Origin: Polyangiaceae bacterium
GTDB lineage: Bacteria; Myxococcota_A; Polyangia; Polyangiales; Polyangiaceae
Direction of reading: 5' to 3'
NCBI GenBank assembly: GCA_050287085.1
Contig: JBNKBE010000007.1
Coordinates: 160,001 to 224,000, forward strand
DNA length: 64,000 nt
Positions 10,261 through 21,958 of the stretch are shown here, one piece after another. The translations under genes were made by a program, and so were the position numbers. The notes under the pieces are model-generated. The model made no database searches. It was given only the letters and a program-made list of their open reading frames with translations, and was not told the DNA's origin. How positions within the stretch are numbered: the stretch's first letter is position 1; each line of letters opens with the position of its first letter.

Positions 10261-13200
10261 CTATGCCGCCTCCGGCGCGCTGGCGTCATCGACTTCCGCC
10301 GGACTTGAGTCGGCTTGTTTCCAAGGCGTTGTGTGTGCTCTTCGGCTTGATCGGGGCGCTGCCCTTGGGAGCCGCGTTCCTAATCAAGACGTCATGGGTG
10401 CAGGCCTGGGCTTCGGCGGAGACGGCGCGCGTGATCGCCGAGGTGGTCGGCGTCGATGCGGGCTACCGCGTAGAACTGACGTTGTTGCCCTTTGAGCTCC
10501 GCCTGGACGACGTGGTGGTGGCGGGGAATGACGGTGCCGGGCCGGCGCTGCGGGCAGCCAGCGTGCGAGTTGCTCCGCGGCCCTTTGCACTGCTCGGAGG
10601 GCGATTGGACGTGGGCGAAGTGGAGGTCACGCGACCCAGGCTGCGGCTGATCGTGGAAGACGGAAAGCTCTCCAACGTGACGACGACCTGGTCCTCAGGG
10701 AGCAGTAACACCCAGTCGTTGAAGCACTGGCCGTTTCGGATCATCTCTTTGACGGACGCAGAAGTCGATCTGATGGTCGATGGCATGCGCGCCTCCGTGA
10801 CCGCCCTTGACTTGGACCTATTGGCCCAGCCGGACGAGTCTTTGGAGCTCCTCCTTCGCGTCGGAGAGAGCACGCTCAGCGCGCCACCGCTTGGTGCTTC
10901 CGAAGCGGGCCCCACACCCGCGTACGATAGCGATCGCTTGTGTCAATTGGAAGCGCGCGTACGTTGGGACGAGCGCGGGCTATTGGTGCGACGGCTCGCG
11001 GCCATCGGCAGCGCGGACATCGATCCGACTCCCGGCAGTGACGTGAACTGTCGGCTTGGCTCGGAGACACCAGAGGGGCGAGTTGCGCTCAGGGCGGAGG
11101 CGCTGCGCTACCAGTCCAAGACGGCACAGCAACCCGCGCGACTTGAGGGTGAGGTCATGCTCCGTGCGCCGCTCGAACTCGCCAATAGGATCGGAGGAGA
11201 GCTGTTGCCTTGGGGCGGCTGGGTCGGACTCACTGGCGCCCTTCGGTGGACCACCGGTGATCCGCTGCCGGGCTTCAGCGGCCGAATAAAGACTTCTGAT
11301 CTCTGGTATGGGCCGCACCGCGTGGTGGACTTCATCGACGGCCCCATCGAGGTGATCGGAGATCGTGTTCTTTCGCCGGAGCTCAAGACTGGATACGCAG
11401 GTGGCAAAGTGCGCGTGCTGGACTTTCAGCTCGAACCCCTGGAAGCGGGGGTACCGCTTCGTGCCGGACGTGTTGTCATCAAGCGTGTGCCCTTCGTTGA
11501 TTTGATGCGCGACACCTACGTGACCAAGGACGCGATCGTTGACTTCATGATCGACGATACCGTCGTCGAGAACTTTCATGGTACGACAACGCCTCTTGTC
11601 TTGGACGGGGACTTGCGCGCTTTCGCTGATGGCTTTCAGATCCTCAGCGCCTCTCATCGCGACCCGACGGCGAGGCGCCTGTTCGGAATCAATAGTCGAA
11701 CTTCGGTCGTCGGCAAGTTTGGTGTCCGCCTTAACGGTCTGCACTTCGATGACGAGACGGTCACCTTTGGCAACAGTCAGCTCAACGCGAGCGTGCGCGT
11801 TGGCTTTGCCAACTGGATTGAGCTTGAGCAGCCCAAAGGGCACATCGACCTGGCCGACGTAAGTCCGCTTGTGACCCTGCCGATGGCGGGCATGGCTCAA
11901 CTCGAGACGACCATGGGAGGACCGCGAGACGACCCGCAATTGAAGAGCACCCTGTCCGTCGAGGGGTTGCAGCTGGCCGGATTTCCGATCGGCGATCTAG
12001 AACCAACGGCGCTTCGCTTTCGCCCGCTTGTCGTCGACGTCGACAAGGCGCGAGTCAAGAAGGGCGCGAGTGTCTTTGAGTTGGCGCATGCTCGATTCGA
12101 CTTCCAGAGCGGGCCTGCGCTGCTGCTGAACGCGGACCTAGATGCAGCGGACGTGGATATTCGAGACTTCCTTGCGATGTGGCACCTGGACCATGACCCG
12201 CGATGGGAGCACTTGACGGGGGAGGTTGGGGGAAGCAGCCGTCTTCGCTTTGTCATTGGCGGCAAAGACGATCCCTGCAAGGGAGGGCGCTTATTTGCCA
12301 ATGGGCGACTTGCGCTTGGTCGCTTTGCCGCTTTTGGGGAGGGCTACGACTCCGGCGAAGCGGATGTGGCTTTCGACTGGTTAGACCCTCAAGCGAGCCA
12401 ATACGGCATGACGCTCCGCGTGCCGTCTTTCGTCGCGCGCAAAGCTGAAGGGATAGTCCTCGGGACGCTGGACATCAATCCTGGCGCGACGGTGCACGCC
12501 AGCGTGGTTGGCAGTCGCATTCCGCTCTCTCGCGTTGATGCTCTGGGCGCTCTGGGGGCCAAGCTGGGTGGTACAGCGTCTTTCAATGCGACCTTCGGCG
12601 GGCGCCTGGACGCGCTCGAGGCGGACTTCAAGGGTCGTCTGGGTCCCGTATTCGTCGGGCGGCATCGTCTTCCCGAGTCCTCGCTTTCCGCTCGATTGGT
12701 GCCGCGAAAGCTGCCGCAGAAGGCAGGGGCGGGCAAGACGAGCTGTGGATACCCGGTTTCGAAGCCCTTTGACGAACTGGCCTACGCGGTAGATGAGCCC
12801 ACGGGGGACTACTACGTCAGCGGTTCACTGTTTGGGTCGATGATCCGACTCGAGCAGATGCGGATCGACAACGCTCGTTCCAAGCATGTTGCGGGGGTAG
12901 TCAAGTTCGACGCTCTGGATCTCACACCGCTGCTTCGCTCCCAGTTGCTGGACGATGAGGCAGCAACGGTTGGCACGCTGACCGGGCGGGTGGAGATTGA
13001 AGATCTGCCCTTGGACGATTGGAGCTCCGGGTCAGGCCTGCTGGAGGTCGACCAACTTCAAGTGGGGTCGGCCGGCCTTGTTGCCAATGTGCTCGGCACG
13101 CCGCGTCTAGTGCTGGGTAAACGCCGACTCAATCTGGACAAGATTGTCACTCGCGTCACCTCGCCTGATGGCTACAGTACCGTCGTTGACGTAGGGGGCC

Positions 13201-14639
13201 AGGTTGACAAACTAGGGCTCGAAAACGAGCTCGATCTGCGGCTCGAGCTGCGCCCCGTTGAGCTGGTGCGCTTCGAGTCGCTGATCGGAGCGGACGGCAG
13301 CATTGCTGGGACGCTCGCGGGTGTGCTGGAGTTGCACGGTCCGCTCGACAACCTGAGGCAAGAGGGGGGCGTCTCCATTCGCGGCGGGGAATTCGAAGCC
13401 GCCGACGCTAGCTGGGCGATCACCGACGGGGAGGTCGACGTCGTGATCGAGGGCGGTGCGCTGACGATCCAGCGGGCTCAGGCCGTGCTCGGGGGTGGCC
13501 TGGTGCGGGCCAGCGGCTCAGCCCCGCTGCGCGGTCTATCGCTCGGCACCTTGCGCGGGGAGATTCAAGTGGAAGACGCACGCCTCCCGCTTGGCCCGGA
13601 CCTGCTTGCCGTCGCAGACGCGAACCTCGAGGGGCAATGGGAGCTCGGTGGGGATGAAACAGAGCAGCGACCTAATATCAAGGGTACGGTGACCCTGGAG
13701 AGCTTCGAATACTCACGCCCCGTCAACCTTTCGGCTGACATTGCGGCGCTCACCGGTCAGCGCGGCAAGACCACCTTCGAGCACTACGATCCAGCGCTCG
13801 ACAAAGTGAACTTCGACTTGAGCATCACCGCGCGGCAAGCCCTGCGCATCAACAACAACCTAATCGAAGCGCGGCTCTCCATCGACCGCCCGGGACTTCA
13901 GCTCCAGGGAACGAATCAGCGCTACGGGGTTCGTGGCCGTGTCCAAGTGGAACCCGGCGGACGCATCCACTTTCGCCGCAACGAATTCGAGGTGACGAGT
14001 GGCGAAGTGCGCTTTGACGATCCCACGGAGGTGGCTCCACGCGTCGACCTGCGAGCGTATACGGACTATCGTCGTTTCTCCAATACCACCGCCACCGGCA
14101 GTCACGCGGCCCAGGCCGTGACCGGCGCAAGCGCAATGGGTGCCGCCGCGGGTCAGTGGCGTATCGCCATGCACGCCTACGGCGATGTTGACGAACTCAA
14201 GCTGGATCTATCGAGCCAACCTGAGCTATCCCAAGACGACATTTTTCTACTGCTCACCCTGGGCTTGACGCGCGCGGAGCTCGATCAGGCGAACCTCCAA
14301 GGGACCGTGGCGCTCGAGGCGTTGGGATCGCTCACGGGGGCAGACAGCGTTGTCCGCAGTGCTATCCCCGTGATCGATGAATTCCGCTTCGGCAGCGCCT
14401 ATTCGGCGCGCACCGGCCGGAGTGAGCCGACCGTTACGATCGGCAAACGGTTGACGGAACGACTCCGTGCCTACGTCACCACCGGCCTAACCGAGTCCCG
14501 CGAAGTGCGATCCAATGTTGAGTGGCGCCTCGACTCGCGGACGAGTGTCGAGAGCTCCTACGACAACATCAACGATATCTCGAGCTCGAACGTCGGCAAC
14601 ATCGGCGCCGACGTTCGGTGGCGTCTCGAGTTTGATTGA
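10257..14639 (+). CDS. TamB/AsmA-like translocation-assembly (lipid bridge) protein
   Basis: 1460 aa; N-terminal TM anchor, long beta-rich body, C-terminal LSSQPELSQDDIFLLLTLG and VTIGKRLTERL motifs typical of TamB (DUF490). Confidence 0.85.
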   Translation: MTMPPPARWRHRLPPDLSRLVSKALCVLFGLIGALPLGAAFLIKTSWVQAWASAETARVIAEVVGVDAGYRVELTLLPFELRLDDVVVAGNDGAGPALRAASVRVAPRPFALLGGRLDVGEVEVTRPRLRLIVEDGKLSNVTTTWSSGSSNTQSLKHWPFRIISLTDAEVDLMVDGMRASVTALDLDLLAQPDESLELLLRVGESTLSAPPLGASEAGPTPAYDSDRLCQLEARVRWDERGLLVRRLAAIGSADIDPTPGSDVNCRLGSETPEGRVALRAEALRYQSKTAQQPARLEGEVMLRAPLELANRIGGELLPWGGWVGLTGALRWTTGDPLPGFSGRIKTSDLWYGPHRVVDFIDGPIEVIGDRVLSPELKTGYAGGKVRVLDFQLEPLEAGVPLRAGRVVIKRVPFVDLMRDTYVTKDAIVDFMIDDTVVENFHGTTTPLVLDGDLRAFADGFQILSASHRDPTARRLFGINSRTSVVGKFGVRLNGLHFDDETVTFGNSQLNASVRVGFANWIELEQPKGHIDLADVSPLVTLPMAGMAQLETTMGGPRDDPQLKSTLSVEGLQLAGFPIGDLEPTALRFRPLVVDVDKARVKKGASVFELAHARFDFQSGPALLLNADLDAADVDIRDFLAMWHLDHDPRWEHLTGEVGGSSRLRFVIGGKDDPCKGGRLFANGRLALGRFAAFGEGYDSGEADVAFDWLDPQASQYGMTLRVPSFVARKAEGIVLGTLDINPGATVHASVVGSRIPLSRVDALGALGAKLGGTASFNATFGGRLDALEADFKGRLGPVFVGRHRLPESSLSARLVPRKLPQKAGAGKTSCGYPVSKPFDELAYAVDEPTGDYYVSGSLFGSMIRLEQMRIDNARSKHVAGVVKFDALDLTPLLRSQLLDDEAATVGTLTGRVEIEDLPLDDWSSGSGLLEVDQLQVGSAGLVANVLGTPRLVLGKRRLNLDKIVTRVTSPDGYSTVVDVGGQVDKLGLENELDLRLELRPVELVRFESLIGADGSIAGTLAGVLELHGPLDNLRQEGGVSIRGGEFEAADASWAITDGEVDVVIEGGALTIQRAQAVLGGGLVRASGSAPLRGLSLGTLRGEIQVEDARLPLGPDLLAVADANLEGQWELGGDETEQRPNIKGTVTLESFEYSRPVNLSADIAALTGQRGKTTFEHYDPALDKVNFDLSITARQALRINNNLIEARLSIDRPGLQLQGTNQRYGVRGRVQVEPGGRIHFRRNEFEVTSGEVRFDDPTEVAPRVDLRAYTDYRRFSNTTATGSHAAQAVTGASAMGAAAGQWRIAMHAYGDVDELKLDLSSQPELSQDDIFLLLTLGLTRAELDQANLQGTVALEALGSLTGADSVVRSAIPVIDEFRFGSAYSARTGRSEPTVTIGKRLTERLRAYVTTGLTESREVRSNVEWRLDSRTSVESSYDNINDISSSNVGNIGADVRWRLEFD

Positions 14640-14718
14640 TCCGCAGTTCGCATCGACGCGCCCGGCGCTGCACGAGTTTGCATGATCCGCAGCTCGCATC
14701 GACGCGCCCGGCGCTGTA
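14627..14718. repeat. 46-bp tandem duplication spanning the TamB stop codon
   Basis: 14627-14672 versus 14673-14718, 4 mismatches. Confidence 0.9.
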
Positions 14719-14731
14719 CCAATGGCGGTTC

Positions 14732-15424
14732 TCAAGCCGCCAGGGACGAGCGTCGATTCATCCCAGACTTCGGACTCTTGCTGTGGTCCTGGGCGGCAGC
14801 GTCGTCCTGGGCGGCAGCGCAATCCTGGGCGGTCGCGTCATCCTGGGTGGCAGCGCCCTGGTTCGGAGAGACAAGCTGTGCGGGAGACACAAGCTGCGGA
14901 CATTCGACGATAGCCACGTACTGCTGGCCGCGAGTGCGTTCTGCTGTGTCTGCCACGACGGCGGAACCCGCGGGATGACCTAAGAATGGCTGAGCCAGGG
15001 CGCCCACCGAGACACCCGGGGAGGCCGGGTTGAAGCCCGACGCCTCAACGAGCTCATCAAACGTCCATTCACCATCAGGATCAGCAAAGAAGTCCACCGG
15101 CAGCTGGTCGAGGATGACACGATGACGCATGATCTTCATGCTGGGCCTCAGGCTGCCATCTACGGCAGAGCTGCTGTCGAGCGTGCTTGGACGGTCGTCG
15201 GACGCGCTTGGGGCAGCTTCACGGGTTCTGGACTGCAGTGAGATTGGAGCTTGTGTCGAATCAGTCTGCGTCGCATCCGAAGACAGCGGAGCGACTGAGG
15301 ACAGCGGAGCGACTGAAGACAGCGGAGCGACTGAGGACAGCGGAGCGACTGAAGACAGCGGAGCGACTGAAGACAGCGGAGCGCGACTGGGGATGCTCGA
15401 CGGCAGGGGCAAGGCGAGGTGCAT
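14732..15424 (-). CDS. Hypothetical protein: ~80-aa globular-looking core flanked by hexapeptide repeats
   Basis: Core RHRVILDQLPVDFFADPDGEWTFDEL...YVAIVECP; N-terminal (SSVAPL)n and C-terminal (AAAQDD)-like repeats; the true start may be MKIMRH (~15140). Confidence 0.55.
   Translation of the reverse strand: MHLALPLPSSIPSRAPLSSVAPLSSVAPLSSVAPLSSVAPLSSVAPLSSDATQTDSTQAPISLQSRTREAAPSASDDRPSTLDSSSAVDGSLRPSMKIMRHRVILDQLPVDFFADPDGEWTFDELVEASGFNPASPGVSVGALAQPFLGHPAGSAVVADTAERTRGQQYVAIVECPQLVSPAQLVSPNQGAATQDDATAQDCAAAQDDAAAQDHSKSPKSGMNRRSSLAA
15279..15383. repeat. 18-bp VNTR, ~5.8 copies
   Basis: GA(A/G)GACAGCGGAGCGACT in tandem; reads SSVAPL on the minus strand. Confidence 0.95.
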
Positions 15425-15540
15425 GGCGTTGGTCCGTAGGTAGAACTGTGAGAGTTGACCCCGGGGTGTTGACCCTTGGGGCGTGCGGCGCAGCGGGCCG
15501 GCAGGAGGCAGTTGCGACCCGCTGCAGGACGTACGGTACC

Positions 15541-15620
15541 AACACTGAACAAAGAATCAAGTAAATGTTCAGTGGTTGTATGTAAACACTAGAAATTAAA
15601 CGGCAAAAAACACTGAACAG
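15541..15620. promoter_or_regulatory. AT-rich regulatory region with inverted and direct CACTGAACA boxes
   Basis: CACTGAACA (15543-15551), 14-bp spacer, TGTTCAGTG (15566-15574); third CACTGAACA at 15611-15619; strongly AT-rich for this genome. Confidence 0.6.
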
Positions 15621-15627
15621 ACTGCCG

Positions 15628-17526
<1,899 letters not shown>

Positions 17527-17581
17527 CGAATGGCTCGCTTCGACGAGGAGTATGGAGGGGTCGCCACGCGCGGGGGCGAGG

Positions 17582-18439
17582 TTAATTGCAAAACTCGAAC
17601 TCCGAGATGGTGGTCTCGATGTTGAAGTTGCTCGACACGGTGTGTCGTTCGGCGAAGAATAGGTGCAATGGGTATATCCCGTCGGGCTCTAGTCCCACGC
17701 GTTCAGCGACGTCGTCGAGTTCGACGCTTTGTGTTTGGCTCGCGTGGATGCCTCCGAGGTCGATGACGAGTTGACGGTTGATGAACACCCACAGATCGTC
17801 GTCCCCGCGAAAACGAAAGGTCTCGCCTCCGCGATACTGAAAGGAGGTCGCAACTTCGAGAGTGAAGTGATAGTTGCGCGTACTGCCCTCGTTCCCGAAT
17901 CCGAGACCGGTAAGGGGGAAGAACTGCGACTGGCGGTAGGCGTACATGCCGTCGCCAATGGACACCAGCTCTAGGTTTGCGCCAAACTCAAGGTTGACTC
18001 CCGACTTGGTGTGATACCAGTCGTCGAAGTTGTCAGCTCCGGTGGTGCTGGGCGACGTGGTGGCGGGCGCGTAGACGGGCTTGTCATCGTCGCCCAGCCG
18101 CACCTGGACGATGCCTTGCTCTACGCCCGCCGGGAAGTCTCCTTCGAAGTCGGGGTGGTCCGAGCGAAAGTCCCGCAATGTGGCTTGCAGCGTCGGGGGG
18201 CCCGGGGCTGGAGCGTCACAGCGAGCCCAGACGCCGAGCTCGCAAATTTGGGTACCGGTGCCGCAAACGGAGCGACAGGGGCGCGTGTCGCCTGCCTGGC
18301 ATTCAGCTTCGTCCGCTGCGGGTGCGGCCGCATCTTGGGGGCCGCGCCGGCTTATGTCGCTGCGTGCGCCGCAGCCGACCGCGTACAGCAGCGCGAGCGC
18401 GGCGAGACCGGATTCAGCCCGCGACTGGAATGTCTTCAC
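17582..18439 (-). CDS. Fibro-slime (PA14-like) domain lipoprotein
   Basis: RDF...HPDFE, NYHFT, F.F.GDDDLWVFIN..LVIDLGGIH, LFFAERH; AVGC lipobox; short Cys-rich segment; GTG start inferred. Confidence 0.88.
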   Translation of the reverse strand: MKTFQSRAESGLAALALLYAVGCGARSDISRRGPQDAAAPAADEAECQAGDTRPCRSVCGTGTQICELGVWARCDAPAPGPPTLQATLRDFRSDHPDFEGDFPAGVEQGIVQVRLGDDDKPVYAPATTSPSTTGADNFDDWYHTKSGVNLEFGANLELVSIGDGMYAYRQSQFFPLTGLGFGNEGSTRNYHFTLEVATSFQYRGGETFRFRGDDDLWVFINRQLVIDLGGIHASQTQSVELDDVAERVGLEPDGIYPLHLFFAERHTVSSNFNIETTISEFEFCN

Positions 18440-19076
18440 ACTGCGAACCCTTGGCCTGGCGATTTTCGAACTCGACGGTGCACGACAGGGCACCCGAGAT
18501 CGATTCGGCGAATTGGATGACGAGGGGCGCCAGCTCGTACCAGTCGCGTGGGCCATCGATGCGAGCCCGAATGACGCCATCCGGATCGAGGATCCAGGTC
18601 TCTGGAAAGAGTTTTGTCCCGTACTTGCCACGTACCACGTCGCTTTCAGCGTCAACCAGAGTGGTGAAGTTGGCCGTTTCTCCGAGCACCGAGGAGAGGG
18701 TTGCGCTGGCGTCGCTTGCGCTTTCATCCGTCGTGACGGTGAGCAGTTCGATATCGGGGTAAGCGGCCAGCACCTTCCCTAGCTGCGCAAGGGATGGCAT
18801 CTCCTGCAGACAGGGGGCACACGTCTTCGTCCAGAAGTTGAGAACCACAACCTTGCCGCGGTAGTCTGAAAGCTGCACGGGGCGCCCCGTGAGGTCTTTG
18901 AGCTCGAATTCGGGCGCTAGGCGATTGCGGGCCGCATAGTCAGGAGACAGCGAGCATAAGGGCGTGCACACGCGGCGTTGTTCCCCCTCCTTCATGGCCG
19001 AGACGAAAGAGAATACGCCGCTTGCTGCTACGCCGATGAACAGCACCTGCGCGAGTTGTCCGAAACGCCCGTTCAT
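18414..19076 (-). CDS. TlpA/ResA-like thiol-disulfide oxidoreductase, membrane anchored
   Basis: APEFEL.DL.G..V.LSDYRGKVVVLNFWTKTCAPC..EMP, FPETW.LD.DG; N-terminal TM. Confidence 0.9.
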   Translation of the reverse strand: MNGRFGQLAQVLFIGVAASGVFSFVSAMKEGEQRRVCTPLCSLSPDYAARNRLAPEFELKDLTGRPVQLSDYRGKVVVLNFWTKTCAPCLQEMPSLAQLGKVLAAYPDIELLTVTTDESASDASATLSSVLGETANFTTLVDAESDVVRGKYGTKLFPETWILDPDGVIRARIDGPRDWYELAPLVIQFAESISGALSCTVEFENRQAKGSQCEDIPVAG

Positions 19077-19348
19077 GGCGCCTACATTACCCCATGCGGC
19101 TCCAGGCGGAAGGGGCCGTGACGCATTGAGCACAAAAAGCCTCCAGGGCGCTCCGGTAGAGCCCAGGACCTCCCCGCCGGGCCAGGGGCGAGCAATCTTC
19201 GGCGCGGTCCGAGGGTGACACCGCGCCGCATCGGGTGTTATGGGCGGCGCGCGAGTCCCTTCCGCGTTTCGGGGTTGCCTACGGTGGGACCGTGTTTCAT
19301 GCCGGAACAGCCTCTCGTTTACGCACGCACCCCTCGATTTCGGAAGCC

Positions 19349-20167
19349 ATGAAACTCCTACAGCGACTCGAAAAGCGACTACTGGCGCAGGTGGCACAAG
19401 CCAGCGTGGACTTCTCGCTTATCGAGCCAGACGACCGCGTCATGGTGTGTCTCAGCGGCGGAAAGGACTCCCACGCGATGTTGCATCTGCTGCGGGAGAT
19501 CCAACGCAAAGTGCCGTTCCGCTTTTCGCTCGTGGCGGTCAACCTCGACCAAAAGCAGCCGGGGTTTCCCGCACATGTGTTGCCCAGCTACTTTGAAGCC
19601 CAAGGCTACGACTACCGCATCATCGACGAGGATACATACTCCATCGTCAAAGAGAAGGTGCCCGAGGGAAAGACGTATTGTTCCCTCTGCTCGCGCCTGC
19701 GACGCGGGGTGCTCTACAACGCGGCGGAGGCTTTAGGGGCGACCAAGATGGCGTTGGGGCATCATCGGGACGACTTCATCGAGACCCTGTTGCTCAATCA
19801 ACTTTACTCCGGGCAGATCAAGGCGATGGCGCCCCGACTGCTTGCCGATGACGGTCGCAACGTGGTGATTCGTCCGCTCGTGTACTGTTCGGAGGCGGAC
19901 ATTGCCGAGTTCGCAGCGCTGCGTGAGTTCCCGATTATTCCGTGCAATCTGTGTGGTTCACAGGACAACTTGAAGCGAGTCCGCATCAAGCAACTGATCG
20001 CCGACTTGGAACGCGACAATCCAAACATTCGCGGCAATCTCTTTGCGTCCTTGGGCAACATCCGGCCCACGCATCTGTTGGATCGAGGGCTGCGACGCGA
20101 AACGACGGACGAGGCTTCGCGGCCGCTGTCAGGCGAGCTCATTCCTGCGGCGTCGCTGCGCCGCTAG
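19349..20167 (+). CDS. ttcA: tRNA 2-thiocytidine(32) synthetase
   Basis: SGGKDS PP-loop, NLDQKQPGFP, CSLCSRLRRG, GHHRDD, IIPCNLCGSQ. Confidence 0.96.
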   Translation: MKLLQRLEKRLLAQVAQASVDFSLIEPDDRVMVCLSGGKDSHAMLHLLREIQRKVPFRFSLVAVNLDQKQPGFPAHVLPSYFEAQGYDYRIIDEDTYSIVKEKVPEGKTYCSLCSRLRRGVLYNAAEALGATKMALGHHRDDFIETLLLNQLYSGQIKAMAPRLLADDGRNVVIRPLVYCSEADIAEFAALREFPIIPCNLCGSQDNLKRVRIKQLIADLERDNPNIRGNLFASLGNIRPTHLLDRGLRRETTDEASRPLSGELIPAASLRR

Positions 20168-20201
20168 ACGACTGCAGAAGCGCCCGCTGACGCTTTGCAG
20201 G

Positions 20202-21764
20202 TCATCGATCCGGTTGCTCTGAGCTCAATACTGCCAGCTTCCGCTGGCTCTTGCGCAGGGACGGCGCGGCTTCGTAGCGCGGCGCGTCGAGTCTTGGGTG
20301 CTGCGCGCCCCGCACCCCGTAGCCGAGGGGTGCAAACGCCTTTCGGTAATCGGAAAAGCGGCCGCCTGCGCGTACGGCCTGCAGCACGGCAAGCCCTTCC
20401 GCCTCGTCGCCCTGGGCCATGATGAACTCCACCCAGGCCCACTTCGCGCTTGTGGAACGGACATCGGCCCGGCCTTTCAAGCCCCGCCGCAGGCGCGAAA
20501 GCCGGGCGTCGACGACGTCGATTCCCGCGAAGGCGCTGCCGTCCAAGGGGGTCTTGCGTTTGGCACAGAACGGGGCGATTCCGAGGGCGATAGGGAGTTG
20601 CTTGGACAACTCGCTCACGAACTCCACGCCCTCATCGATATCTGCGTCACTCTCCCCGGGTAGCCCCAGCATCAGGTAGAGCTTGAGGCGTTTCATCCCG
20701 ACGGCGCGGGCTCGTTCCGCGGCGCCGCGGTAGTGATCCTCTCGCCCTCGCCTCTCGATTTCGCCCCGCAGGCGCTCGCTGATGCCGTCGAGCGCGGTTG
20801 TCAGCGTCTGGTAACCCGCTTTGCGCAGCGCGATGAGGAGGGGTTCCTTCAAGCGATCGGGGCGAAGACTCGAGAGGCCAACCCCCTTGCCGGCTTCCGC
20901 GAGCGTGGTGACGATTTCCGCAATCTTAGGGTGGTCGCTGACGGCGGCCCCTACCAACCCCACTTTGGGGGCTTCGGCCGGCACGAAACTCAGGATCGTG
21001 TGCTGATCCACCAAGCGCATACCCCCGTTGGTCGAGCGGCGCATGACGCAGTACTGGCATGAGCGGCTACATCCTCGCTCCGCTTCGATCAGAAACATGT
21101 TGGCCAGCTCAGCGTGTGGGGTCACGATTTGGCTTCGGGCTGGCAGCAGCGCGTCGCTGGCGCGTCCGATGGGAGGCAGATTGCTGCCGTGACGGTCGGG
21201 TACGAAGATGTGCGGGTGCGCGGCCAAAGCATCCAGAGCGCTCGCTCGGGAGGGTGCCCCTAGGACGGTGTCGACGGCGAATTCGGCAATGTCTTCGGCC
21301 TCACCGAGCACGATTGCATCCACGAACGGGGCCAGTGGCAGGGGATTCGAAAACGTCAGCGGGCCGCCGGCGAGAATGAACGGGGCGTTCTCGTCGCGAT
21401 CTTTGCGCAGCGCGGGGATCGCGGACGCGTCCAGCATGCGAATCAGTCCAGCCAGTTCCAGCTCGTAGGCGACGCTCAAAGCGATGATGGGAAAGTCCCG
21501 GAGCGGCCGGCGATACTCGTAGCTCACCGGCTCCTCGACGCGACCTTGGTCGTCGGTTGTTTCCGGAAGGAAAACACGCTCGCAAGCGACGCCGGACATT
21601 CCCTGAAGGGCCCGGTAGATCTGTTGGTAGCCGAGCGAGCTCATGCCCACCGCGTACGGTGAGGGATAGGTGAGCGCGACTCTCAGCGGAGCGTCTTTGT
21701 CGAGACGTCCAACCTCAGCGTCTAGGCGCTGCTGGATGAGCTTGCGGGTCGCGTGGGACAGCAT
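20202..21764 (-). CDS. Radical SAM protein (with B12-binding-like N-terminal region), function unknown
   Basis: RGCSRSCQYC (CxxxCxxC), YPSPY.VGMSSLG, KLYLMLGLPGE. Confidence 0.9.
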   Translation of the reverse strand: MLSHATRKLIQQRLDAEVGRLDKDAPLRVALTYPSPYAVGMSSLGYQQIYRALQGMSGVACERVFLPETTDDQGRVEEPVSYEYRRPLRDFPIIALSVAYELELAGLIRMLDASAIPALRKDRDENAPFILAGGPLTFSNPLPLAPFVDAIVLGEAEDIAEFAVDTVLGAPSRASALDALAAHPHIFVPDRHGSNLPPIGRASDALLPARSQIVTPHAELANMFLIEAERGCSRSCQYCVMRRSTNGGMRLVDQHTILSFVPAEAPKVGLVGAAVSDHPKIAEIVTTLAEAGKGVGLSSLRPDRLKEPLLIALRKAGYQTLTTALDGISERLRGEIERRGREDHYRGAAERARAVGMKRLKLYLMLGLPGESDADIDEGVEFVSELSKQLPIALGIAPFCAKRKTPLDGSAFAGIDVVDARLSRLRRGLKGRADVRSTSAKWAWVEFIMAQGDEAEGLAVLQAVRAGGRFSDYRKAFAPLGYGVRGAQHPRLDAPRYEAAPSLRKSQRKLAVLSSEQPDR

Positions 21765-21958
21765 TGGGGTGTGTGTGAGAGGGCGAGGCCTCGCGGCTCA
21801 TATCAGATTCGGCCCTCGAAAAGGGCCTGCGTGCGCTCATTCTGGTGACGAGTGGTTTCGGGGAGGTTCGTGAGCGCGGACTTTGGTCGACAATTTGGCT
21901 ATGACCTGCGCCAGTGGCGGCGTCCAGGGTATCAAAACGAGTTGGTTCGAACGACTCT

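Noticed and set aside
10980..11939. Long antisense or alternate-frame ORFs (also 29018-29866, 49510-50505, 52192-52989 and many others)
   Set aside because: Shadow ORFs expected from high-GC codon bias opposite well-supported genes.
15279..15383. Regular repeats as a CRISPR array (also considered at 62590-62812 and 5283-5372)
   Set aside because: Units are head-to-tail with no unique spacers, and there are no cas genes.
17582..18439. PA14-like protein as the kin-recognition receptor TraA
   Set aside because: It is a short fibro-slime lipoprotein with no long Cys-repeat stalk, no MYXO-CTERM and no adjacent traB.
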